This document shows, one piece after another, positions 25,245 to 36,109 of a stretch of DNA of 64,000 nucleotides. Position 1 is the stretch's first letter. The number at the start of each line of letters is the position of its first letter. Where the stretch lies: positions 36,518,001-36,582,000 of the forward strand of contig NC_091282.1 of the NCBI RefSeq assembly GCF_032444005.1. The letters run 5' to 3'. Below the pieces are notes generated by a model. That model ran no database searches. It was not told the origin of the DNA and saw only the letters and a list, made by a program, of their open reading frames with translations. This stretch comes from Ranitomeya imitator. Its lineage: Eukaryota. Position numbers and translations under genes: made by a program.

Positions 25245-25680
25245 AAGAGTTGTCCACTATTAGGGGCAATTTTTCTTTTTCTTATTTTTTTTTTATTTCA
25301 ATGCATGAATTCAGAACTAAAAATTATTTTTTTAAATGGGTTTCATTAAAAATTTGGCACCGTTTTGCTATTACAGGGTCTCGATTTTTCTGCACATGTG
25401 GTCATAAGAGGAGCTAAATAAATATAGGTAATACTTTCTTGTCGGCGATCATAAACGAGCTGAAAGGAGCTAAAAAAGCACAGATAAAGGCGTCACAAAC
25501 TCCTCATCAGATCGTCATAGTGAGCTCGCTGACGGATTCTCAGTTAACTCATTCTGCAGCTTGCAATAGACACCGCACCACGGAGGATGCAGGAGGCAAA
25601 CGGTGCAAACTTTTTAATAAAACCCAATTACAAAACTGATTTTTAGCACCAAGTACACGTATTTAAGTAGAAATAATAGA
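25245..25680. mobile_element. T2/Kolobok-type MITE related to the element interrupted by piggyBac (right end uncertain)
   Basis: TTAA|AAGAGTTGTCCACTA start; GAGCTCGCTGACGGATTCTCAGTTAACTCATTCT...GGCAAACGGTGCAAACTTTTTAATAAAACCCAATTACAAA matches 15545-15625 joined to 24620-24640. Confidence 0.6.
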
Positions 25681-26886
25681 TGTTTCTAAATTAACTGAAA
25701 CCACCCCATTGAGGTGCAATTATAACCAAGATTTTAGGCATAGAAATTTCTGCACCAATATCGCCAACGTTGGAATTTTGGCAGTAAGGTATATCCGCCT
25801 CTAAGGCCGGCTTCACACTCAGCGTATGAAAATACGGTCCGTATATTACGGCCGTAATACGCTGAAATGTCCCGAAAATAGTGGTCCGTAGCTCCTCCGT
25901 AGGCAGGGTGTGTCAGCGTTTTTTGCGCATGGCATCCTCCGTATGTAATCCGTATGGCATCCGTACTGCGTGGTTTTCTCGCAGGCTTGCAAAACCGACA
26001 TAGCGCTATAGAAGTGATCCATGTGTCCCAAAAAGAAAAAAATATATATATATACTGTCTATATATATATATATATGTCAGTGAGACACATATATGTATA
26101 TATATTAATATTTATTCCAGCGCTATACAGCTTGAAAGCCGGTAATTCAATTACCGGCTTTTTCTTTCTCCTTCCTAAACCCGACATGATTTGAGACATG
26201 GTTTACATACAGTAAACCATGTCTTCTCTCCATTTTTTTTGCAGATTCCACACTACTAATGTCAGTAGAGTGTATCTGCAAAATTTGGCCGTTCTAGCTC
26301 TTAAAATAAAGGGTTAAATGGCGGAAAAAATTGGCGTGGGCTCCCGCGCAATTTTCTCCGCCAGAGTAGTAAAGCCAGTGACTGAGGGCAGATATTAATA
26401 GCCTGGAGAGGGTCCACGGTTATTGGCCCCCCCCTGGCTAAAAATATCTGCCCCCAGCCACCCCAGAACAGGCACATCTGTAAGATGCGCCTATTCTGGC
26501 ACTTGGCCACTCTCTTCCCATTCCCGTGTAGCGGTGGGATATGGGGTAATGAAGGGTTAATGCCACCTTGCTATTGTAAGGTGACATTAAACCAGATTAA
26601 TAATGGAGAGGCGTCAATTATGACACCTATCCATTATTAATCCAATACTGGTAAAGGGTTAAATAAAACACAAACACATTATTTAAAATTATTTTAATGA
26701 AATAAAAACAATGGTTGTTGGAGTATTTTATTCTACGCCCAATCCAGTCACTGAAGACCCTCGTTCTGTGAGTAAAAAAACATAATAAACCAACAATATA
26801 CTTACCCTCCGCAGATCTGTAACGTCCAACGATGTAAATCCTTCTGAAGGGGTTAAAACATTTTGCAGCAAGGAGCTTTGCTAATG

Positions 26887-27666
26887 TGTTGTGAATTCTG
26901 TGGCTGAATTCACTCCTGTGGTCACAAGTGGTACTGCAGCTTCTGAGCTTCCTCCCTCAGGTGTTCTGGTGAGCTCGTTAACTGCTTCATTACTTAACTC
27001 CGCCTGATGCTGCTATCCTTGCTCCTTGTCAATGTTTCAGTGTTGGATCTGAGCTTCTCCTGATTGTTCCTGTGACCTGCTGCTCTGTATAGCTAAGTGC
27101 TTTTTGTTTTTTTGTTGCTTTTTTTCTGTCCAGCTTGTCTTTTGTTTTGCTGGAAGCTCTGAGACGCAAAGGGTGTACCGCCGTGCCGTTAGTTCGGCAC
27201 GGTGGGTTTTTTTTGCCCCCTTTGCGTGGTTTTGCTTTAGGGTTTTTTGTAGACTGCAAAGTTCGCTTTACTGTCCTCGCTCTGTCCTAGAATATCGGGC
27301 CCCACTTTGCTGAATCTATTTCATCCCTACGTTTTGTATTTTCATCTTACTCACAGTCATTATATGTGGGGGGCTGCCTTTTCCTTTGGGGAATTTCTCT
27401 GGGGCAAGTCAGGCCTATTTTTCTATCTTCAGGCTAGCTAGTTTCTTAGGCTGTGCCGAGTTGCCTAGGTAGTTGTTAGGCGCAATCCACAGCCGCTTTT
27501 AGTTGTGTTTAGGATAGGATCAGGTGTGCAGTCTACAGAGTTTCCACGTCTCAGAGCTCGTTCTTGTATTTTTGGGTATTTGTCAGATCACTGTGTGCGC
27601 TCTGATCGCTAAGCACACTGTGTTTCTGGATTGCCTTCATAACACCTGTCATTAGCAAACATAACA
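26887..27666 (+). mobile_element. Solo LTR (780 bp) inserted in the left arm of the foldback element
   Basis: TGTTGTGAATTC...CATAACA; flanked by CTAATG at 26881-26886 and 27667-27672; the right arm shows the uninterrupted site (GCATTGCATTAGCAAAG). Strand is relative to the copy at 56558. Confidence 0.85.
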
Positions 27667-27755
27667 CTAATGCAATGCTACTCCTCGCTGCAAAACCCCG
27701 GGGAATGAGGCTAAATATAGATCAATGAGCTATATTTAGCTTCATTTGCAGTGAG

Positions 27756-27837
27756 GCGCCCTCTGCTGGATGTTCATAGAAGCTCCCAGGCTTTCTAGGA
27801 AAGTTCCCACGATCTATGAACAGCCAGCAGAGGGCGC
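27756..27837. promoter_or_regulatory. Divergent pair of CTCF-consensus motifs
   Basis: CCAGCAGAGGGCGC on the minus strand (27756-27769) and on the plus strand (27824-27837); both match CCASYAGRKGGCRS exactly. Binding is untested. Confidence 0.4.
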
Positions 27838-29310
27838 CTCACCGCAAATGAAGCTAAATATAGCTCATTGACCTACTTTACCTTCATTCCCCGGGGTTTT
27901 GCAGCGAGGAGTAGCATTGCATTAGCAAAGCTCCTTGCTGCAAAATGTTTTAACCCCTTCAGAAGGATTTACATCGTTGGACGTTACAGATCTGCGGAGG
28001 GTAAGTATATTGTTGGTTTATTATGTTTTTTCTTTCACAGAACGAGGGTCTTCAGTGACTGGATTGGGCGTAGAATAAAATACTCCAACAACCATTGTTT
28101 TTATTTCATTAAATTAATTTTAAATAATGTGTTTGTGTTTTATTTAACCCTTTACTACAATTGGATTAATAATGGATAGGTGTCATAATTGACGCCTCTC
28201 CATTATTAATTAGGCTTAATGTCACCTTACAATAGCAAGGTGGCATTAACCCTTCATTACCCCATATCCCACCGCTACACGGGAGTGGGAAGAGAGTGGC
28301 TAAGTGCCAGAATAGGCGCATCTTCCAGATGTGCCTTTTCTGGGGTGGCTGGGGGCAGATATTTTTAGCCAGGGGGGGGGCCAATAACCATGGACCCTCT
28401 CCAGGCTATTAATATCTGCCCTCAGTCACTGGCTTTACTACTCTGGTGGAGAAAATTGCGCAGGAGCCCACGCCAATTTTTTCCGCCATTTAACCCTTTA
28501 TTTTAAGAGCTAGAACGGCCAAAATTTGCAGATACACACTACTAACATTAGTAGTGTGGAATCTGCAAAAAAAATGGAGAGAAGACATGGTTTACTGTAT
28601 GTAAACCATGTCTCAAATCATGTCGGGTTTTAGGAAGGAGAAAGAAAAAGCCGGTAATTGAATTACCGGCTTTCAAGCTGTATAGCGCTGGAATAAATAT
28701 TAATATATATACATATATGTGTGTCACTGACATATATATATATATATATATATATATACCTATTCTATGTGTACACATTTATTCTACCTATTCTAATGTC
28801 AGCTGTCAGTGTGATTCTACTGTACACCGCACTGAATTGCCGGCTTTTCTCTCTAACAGCGCTGCGTATTTCTCGCAAGTCACACTGCTTGTCCGTGTGT
28901 AATCCGTATTTTTCACGCTTCCATAGACTTTCATTGGCGTATTTCTTGCGCAGTACGGTGACAAACGCAGCATGCTGCGATTTTCTACGGCCGTAGAAAG
29001 CCGTATAATACTGATCAGTAAAATACGGCAGATAGGAGCAGGGGAATAGAGAATAATTGTGCCGTATTTTTTGCGAGTTTTACGGACGTAGTTTCTGCGC
29101 TCTTACGTCCGTAAAACTCGCAAGTGTGACGCCGGCCTAACACTTACATGCAGGTTTTGTCTCTAAGGTCGTGCACATTGTGACAAAGTCACTGGCAAGG
29201 TGCTGGAGGGGAAATATGTTTCACTGAGGTTAATGGCTTCAGTGATGTGAAACCCAGGAGTTTTCCTTCAGCACATTAAGTGTTGCAAGGGGTTAACAGC
29301 CAATTTGTAA

Positions 29311-30054
29311 GGCTGGTTTCACATTTGCGTTTTTGCGGTAAAAAACGCAAAAAAAGGCATGCGTTTTTCCCCCCTATACTTAACATTAAAAACGCATGCG
29401 TTTTTTTCCCCTATACTTAACATTAAAAACGCATGCGTTTTTTTGCATGCGTTTTGCTGCATTTTTCCACCGCATGTGTCTTTGTTATGCATGCGTTGTG
29501 TTGCAGAAATGCAACATGTAGTAATTTTAGCGGCGTTTTTTTTGCGGCAAAAAAACGCATGCATTTTTTTGCCACAAAAAAATGCATTGCTGTCTATGTA
29601 AACGCATGCGTTTTTAACCACATGCGTTTGCATGCGTTTTTATTAAAAAAAAACAAAAAAACACACTGATAAACCACCCCACACCATAAAATTGATAAAG
29701 GGATCCTACCCCTAACCCTACCCCTAATCCTTTTAAGGGTAGGGTTAGGGGTAGGGTTAGGGCTAGGGCTAGGGTTAGGATCCCTTTAGGGTTAAGATTC
29801 CTAACCCTAACCCTAGCTCTTTCTGTTTATAGTGGGTTTTTTACTTTATTTTGATGATTGGCAGCTGTCACACATTTATCTGCATGCGTTTAAAAAACGC
29901 AAATGCATGAAAAAACGCATGTAAACGCGTTAAAACACCGCGTTTTTTTCACCACATGCAAAAACGCATGCGTCAAAAAAACCCGGCATTTGCACGCGTT
30001 TACATGCGTTTTTCACCATGCGGTTTTTTTTTAAACGCATGTGTGAAACCAGCC
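29311..30054. mobile_element. PIF/Harbinger-type MITE
   Basis: Perfect TIR GGCTGGTTTCACA; TSD TAA at 29308-29310 and 30055-30057; arms rich in AAAAACGCATGCGTTTTT palindromes. Confidence 0.85.
29701..29816. repeat. Telomere-like (CCCTAA/TTAGGG variant) inverted cluster at the MITE centre
   Basis: CCCTAACCCTACCCCTAA, then GGGTAGGGTTAGGGGTAGGGTTAGGGCTAGGGCTAGGGTTAGG, then CCTAACCCTAACCCTAG. Confidence 0.8.
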
Positions 30055-31324
30055 TAAAAGGGCTGTTTTTTTGTGGACAACCACAGAGCTGGTGGGAGGT
30101 TGTCCACCTTATCTCCACCCCAGGGTGTGGTCTGGGGCTTAAAGAACTGGCCTCCATAGGCAGGCAGAGTTCAGTAGGGCTGGAGAGAGGAACTCCAATA
30201 TTATGTGTCCTGAGGAGGAAAGACTGAACCTTTTCTGACCCTGTGTTTCTCCAGAGCTGGAAGCTCCCCGCAGATGTATGGACTGTGTTACCACATTTTT
30301 CCTGTTTTGCCGAAGGGCTATGTGTATTTTTCCCTTCATGTTGGTTTATGCTAATGAACCAAAAGAGTATTTAAAGAGACAGTGTTCCTGTTTTCTACCT
30401 CTAGTGGCAAGGGGGGAAGGCAAAGACGTTGGGCACTGAGCCCCCTTCGCCCTTCTGTTATATTCTCCCATCTTTTGCAGCTGACATCTGGTACTATTCC
30501 GGATCCATTGCATCTGCGTGCCACTATATAGTTTTGCTGCATTTTTATGTTTTTTTTGTAATGGCGCCTCCATAGAGGGTGGAGAATCCCAGCAGCACCT
30601 ATCTCACTCACGAACGTTCAGCAGTCGTGTCATCCACAGTAATTATCGTCCGGGGATTTCATCACTTTATTAAACCTTCCCTCGATTTTGGTCAAATCTG
30701 AATTAGCGATTTTTTTTTAATTTTTTTTTCAGTTTCTCGTATACAAAATCCATTGGGAAATCTGCTTCCAATAGATTACATATAATTACCATAATAAACC
30801 GAATAATGTCAATTACTGGAGAAAATCACGGGGCGATATGAACGAGGGAAGGGATTTATAAGCGCAGACGGCGGCGCTCCCATCTCGTGGGCTAAATCCC
30901 CAACTCTTCTAATTATGGACCAAACTGAGTCTTAAATTGACTTGTAGATGATGGATTAAAAGTTTTAGCATTTCTTCACCCCCATGGAAAAACCTTGTGT
31001 AAGGGCGGCTGTAAGCCCATAATCCTATATAGTCCCCGCTGCTCCGCTCTTAAAGGGAATGTCTCATTTACGTGCATTTTTAGTCTCCTCGATTAGATGA
31101 GATATTGGGGCAGATTTAATAATAAGATGGAATTAAACTGGAGAAGGAGAAAATGTATCACAGTGACTGATGCTAGGGGAACAGTTTGGGTCATTTTGTC
31201 AGATGTGCTAGAAACTTTTTTTTTTTGTGTGCACTTTTTGACTAGTTTGCTATAAATCAACTTTTGTGCCAAAACTATGGTGCATACCATCTTTTAATCT
31301 GCTGTAGTTTACAAATTCTCTTAA

Positions 31325-31673
31325 AGGGGTTTGTCCAGGACTTTAATATTGGTGACTTTTCCTTGACGTTAAGCCGCCACTGGTCAGCTGTTTGCAGCTC
31401 CTGTATTGTATGAAGCCTAAACAGCGCCATACTATGTAGTGGCCGTTCTCGGTACTGCAACTCAGCGCCAATTTAGGTGACTATGATCTGAGCTGCAGTA
31501 CCCAAGAACGGCCAGTAGACTGTGCTGTTCCAACTCCATCCACCGTTTACTACCATGTCATACCTGTAAACAGCTCATCATGGGGGTACCGGGTGTCAGA
31601 CCGGACGCCCCCCACCCTCAGATGTGACATTGATGAGGATACGTCATCAATATATAAGACTTCGACAAACCCT
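31325..31673. mobile_element. T2/Kolobok-type MITE
   Basis: TTAA|AGGGGTTTGTCC start and GACAAACCCT end; right TTAA mutated; palindromic interior. Confidence 0.55.
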
Positions 31674-32036
31674 TTGGACTAAACCTCACTTTCTAGACTC
31701 TAGTCAGGAGTTAATAGTATCTTAAAGCACTTGGCGCTCAGAATGTGAGCCGCTTCTTTTTATGGGCTAAATACCAACATTTCTGAAGCAAAACCACATA
31801 AAATGTGTCCGTCTTCAGATCTGGCTAAAGAAAAAAAAAAAAATTATTTCCACATCTGTAAAAATTAATAATATGTCACATTTATTTACACGAACAATAA
31901 ATGCCATAAAGTGAAAATAAAAAAAAAGGAAGAAACAAAGAAAGCAGGACTACTGTTGGGATGCTTCTTAGTGCTTGAGGCGTCCGATGTGTTTATACTT
32001 CTCCATTATAGTGATACACAGATTTAGAGCATACCT

Positions 32037-32121
32037 GCAGCCACCACTAGAGGGAGCTTCCGAGCTAACTGCATACTATCAGTATGATTTCAGCTCTATA
32101 GCGCCCTCTTGTGGTGGCTGC
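32037..32121. repeat. 85-bp palindromic mini-element with two CTCF-like motifs
   Basis: GCAGCCACCACTAGAGGGAGCT ... AGCGCCCTCTTGTGGTGGCTGC; each half is one mismatch from the CTCF core. Confidence 0.55.
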
Positions 32122-32499
32122 GGACACTGCATGTGTTTGCTTTTGCCTTTGCAGGGGATTTAGAGCACAGTCAGTACCGAATGTTGAAACTATTAAACTT
32201 AGAGAACAGAAAATGGTATTGAAGACTGGAAATTTACTATAATGAGGAGCAAGATTTCCATCTGGTGAATCTGTCTCCTGAGGAGAGAAATCTATATCCC
32301 CCATTACCTGCGTCATTGCATTTCCTTTAAGAATGAACCCGTCCAGCGAGCGACGTGATTGTGGAGCAGTAAAGGAAGCTCAGAAGTAGTAACGTCTTCT
32401 GCAGACTCAGAAAGAGAATAGTGAAGTGTTAGGATATGACACGTGGGTGTATATAATAGGGTCCCAGAAGAGGAAATCACGTTAAGTGTCGGCATTCAG

Positions 32500-32659
32500 A
32501 TATGTAAGAGACTTAGCAGAGGAAAGACTTCTGAAAAAAAGGGAAAAAGTTCAACATCAGGAGGAAATTGCTGAAAATCATGAAATAATGGCAGAAAATT
32601 CTCTACCAGATTTATTCCTATGTGCGGAATTCAATAAAAGAACAAAGAAAAAGGATCAA
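32500..32659 (+). CDS. Possible isolated coding exon, product unknown
   Basis: TTCAG| ... |GTGAGT boundaries around a stop-free frame YVRDLAEERLLKKREKVQHQEEIAENHEIMAENSLPDLFLCAEFNKRTKKKDQ; weak polypyrimidine tract; no family recognised. Confidence 0.2.
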
Positions 32660-32749
32660 GTGAGTGCAGGAGGAGACCCCCTAATAACCAACCACAAAGC
32701 GATGTGATAAGCCCCCCAATACTACCGGGTACTCCAACCAAGACTAGAC

Positions 32750-34090
32750 CCCCTAAACTAATACAGACCCCAGACCAGACCAATAAGCTAATGCAGATCC
32801 CAGACCAGACCCATAAGCTAATGCAGACCCCAGACCAGACCCATAAGCTAATGCAGACCCCAGACCAGACCCATAAACTAATGCAGACCCCAGACCAGAC
32901 CCATAAGCTAATGCAGACCCCAGACCAGACCGATAAACTAAAAGAGACCTCAGAACAGACCCAAAAACTAATGCAGTCCCCAGACCAGACCCATAAACTA
33001 ATGTAGACCCCAGACCAGACCTATAAACTAATGTAGACCCCAGACCAGACCTATAAACTAATAGAGACCCCAGAACAGACCCAAAAACTAATGCAGACCC
33101 CAGGCCAGACCCATAAGCTAATGCAGACCCCAGACCAGACCCATAAACTAATACAGACCCCAGACTAGACCCATAAGCTAATGCAGACCCCAGACCAGAC
33201 CCATAAACTAATACAGACCCCAGACCAGACCAATAAACTAATGCAGACCCCAGACTAGACCGATAAACTAATGCAGACCCCAGACCAGACCAATAAACTA
33301 ATACAGACCCCCAACCAGACCCATAAACTAATACAGACCCCAGGCCAGACCCATAAACTAATACAGACTCCAGACCAGACCCATAAACTAATACAGACTC
33401 CAGACCAGACCCATAAACTAATACAGACCCCAGACCAGACCAATAAACTAATACAGACCCCAGACCAGACCCATAAACTAATACAGACCCCAGACCAGAC
33501 CCCCTAAGCTAATACAGACCCCAGATCAGACTCATAAACTAATGCAGACCCCAGACCAGACCCATAAACTAATGCAGACCCCAGATCAGATCCATAAACT
33601 ATTGCAGACCCCAGACCAGATCCATAAACTAATATAGACCCAGACCCATAAACTAATACAGACCCAAGATCAGACCAATAAACTAATGTAGACCCCAGAC
33701 CAGGCTCATAATCTAATGTAGACCCCAGACCAGGCTCATAATCTAATGTAGACCCCAGACCAGGCTCATAAACTAATACAGACCCCAACCCAGACCCCCT
33801 AAACTAATACAGACCCCAGATCAGACCCATAAACTAATGTAGATCCCAGATCAGACCTATGAACTAATGTAGACCCCAGATCAGACCCATAAACTAATGT
33901 AGACCCCAGATCAGACCCATAAACTAATGTAGACCCCAGACCAGACCCATAAACTAATGCAGACCCCAGACCAGACCCATAAACTAATACATATCCCAGA
34001 CCAGACCCATAAAGTAATACAGACCCCATACCAGACCCATATACTTATACAGACACCTGGGCAGACCCCCTAAACCAATACAGACCCCAT
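32750..34090. repeat. 30-bp minisatellite (CAGACCAGACCCATAAACTAATGCAGACCC), ~44 copies
   Basis: Regular 30-bp period with occasional indels; some units carry in-frame TAG. Confidence 0.97.
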
Positions 34091-36109
34091 ACTAGACATA
34101 CAGACATTCAGCTCACTCAGGTCCTGTTTTTACTCCTGCTCATATCTGCAGGGAATGTTCAGGGATTGGTCCCACAGTCCTGACCCCACCAACAGTCCTG
34201 ATGTTAGTGGGACAGCCCCCTGACGCGGTGCGTGGCTTATCAGAGCCCGCCCCCCAGGGGCCATCCCTGAGCGATCCTGTGCACTTCACCCAGAGGTGCC
34301 GACATCTGATAATTCCGTGCAGTGTATTTAGGCTGCGCACACGTTTCTCCGGAGATCTTTCCCGTCCCACCTTTCTATTATAGAGGATTATGGCTCCCTC
34401 ACGCGGCATTAATTGATCTGTTTGACGTTCGCTGACAGTTCAAAGAAATTCATTTACCAGGCGAGAGATACAAGTGATGGAGGACTCCGGTCGACGACTA
34501 ATCTGTCAAATTACAATTAAAAATTCTATTTCTTATAACTCCTGGGCTCAGGTTTAGTGCCGCTCCCCCGCCGCGTACGTATAACAGATGCCGCGTGCTG
34601 CTAATGACCGCGCTGGGCTTAGATAAGCGGATCCACAGGTATTTCTTAAATCTCTAGTTCAGGGTACATTTTTCTCTGGTTGTGACTTCCTCAGAAATGA
34701 ATGGAAAACGATTAGCAAAGCTGTAATCTCTGTCAGTATTCCGTTTGCTATCTCCAGTCATCCACAGGAGTCAAATGGGCGTGGCTATGGAATTATGACA
34801 CCACCCTATTGTCATTTTCTTTCCACGGGCAGAATAGTTTGATCACGCTCTGGTGATTTATAGCATTGGCTGACCAGGAGCACATTTTATGGGGTGATGA
34901 CTAGAGTTGAGCGACCTTGACCTTTTTAGAGTCGAGCCGGGTTTTGCGAAACCCGACTATGTCCAAAGTCGGGTCGAGTGAAATCGGCCGATTATGACGT
35001 AAAGTCGGGATCGACCAAAACACGAAACCCAATGCAAGTCAATGGGGCAGCATAGTCGGCAGTGAGTGGGGGCCAGGAAAACACCTAGAGTGCCCATTTT
35101 AATGTCAAAACCATCCATTCTTCTTAATGAAGCTTGTCAAGCGTAATTTACCTTATAATAATTGGAAGGCATTTGAAATTGGGGGTCATTTGGCTAAAGT
35201 TGTGGTGGGTAGGGCTGGTTCAAGTAATTAGTGGGCCCAGGAAATCTGGACCACGTCACGGCAGTGGAGCAGGGAGAGGTAAGTATTTCAACTTTGCAAG
35301 TGCTGTGAACCTGAGCAAGCAGGGGGGGCCCACTCGTTGGCATTGGCACTGGCACAGGGCCCCTCAAAGTACAGCGGTGTGTTTGCACGGCGGGGGCGCC
35401 TCCCACCGGCAGCAACACTTTTGCGTACTATGAGAGGCCCTGTGCCAGTGACGTCGCCAACTAGTATTCCTCCCCCCACCTGATGAAGGAACCTGCACTT
35501 TCATCTGCACCTTCCTCTTTGTCCCCGTGTAAGGTGGTATGGTATGCGGGAAGAGCAACCTGACTTTCAGCAGGGTCACAATGTTGTTGTGTAGCGTGCA
35601 CGGGGAATGTTGCGTTATGGGTCAATGTACCAGCAGACTCATCTATCACTGGCTGGGCAATGGGCACGATGAAGTGGAAACACAGATATAGGCCCAAAGA
35701 AGAAAGTGGGCTAAATGCAGTTCAAAATTGGTAACACAGGAATAACCAGGGGGCATTGCAGTGGAGGACAACTGGAATGAGAGGCTGACACAGAGAGTAG
35801 GGCCAAATCAGTAAGTAGTCGAAATGCAGTTCAAAATTGGCAACCGTAGTAAACAGGCGGCACAGCTTTGTTCAGTGGAGGAGAACAGCAAGGAGTGGCA
35901 GACACCGATAGTAGGCCCCAACCCAACTAGTAGGCCAAATGCAGTCTAACATTAACAACTACTTAACGAGAGGCTGAAAATGGAATTTCAGGACAGGAAA
36001 CCAGGAGAACAGCAAGGAGTGGCAGACACCGATAGTAGGCCCCAAACCAACTAGTACGCCAAATGCAGTTGTTCCATTTAACCACAATTTAATGAGAGCC
36101 TGAAGATAG

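Larger units (their letters stand above)
25805..29137. mobile_element. Non-autonomous PIF/Harbinger-type foldback element (~2.55 kb without the nested LTR)
   Basis: TSD TAA at 25802-25804 and 29138-29140; TIR GGCCGGC(T/G)TCACACT; arms about 26060-27780 (minus the LTR) and 27813-28760 are reverse complements around a 32-nt loop. Confidence 0.85.

Noticed and set aside
29701-29816. Head-to-head telomere fusion relic
   Set aside because: Only about 115 bp of variant hexamers, sitting centrally in a MITE with intact TIRs and TSD.
32704-34029. QTPDQTHKLM / YGSGLGSALV decapeptide-repeat protein
   Set aside because: Several units have in-frame TAG and indels shift the frame; a non-coding minisatellite fits better.
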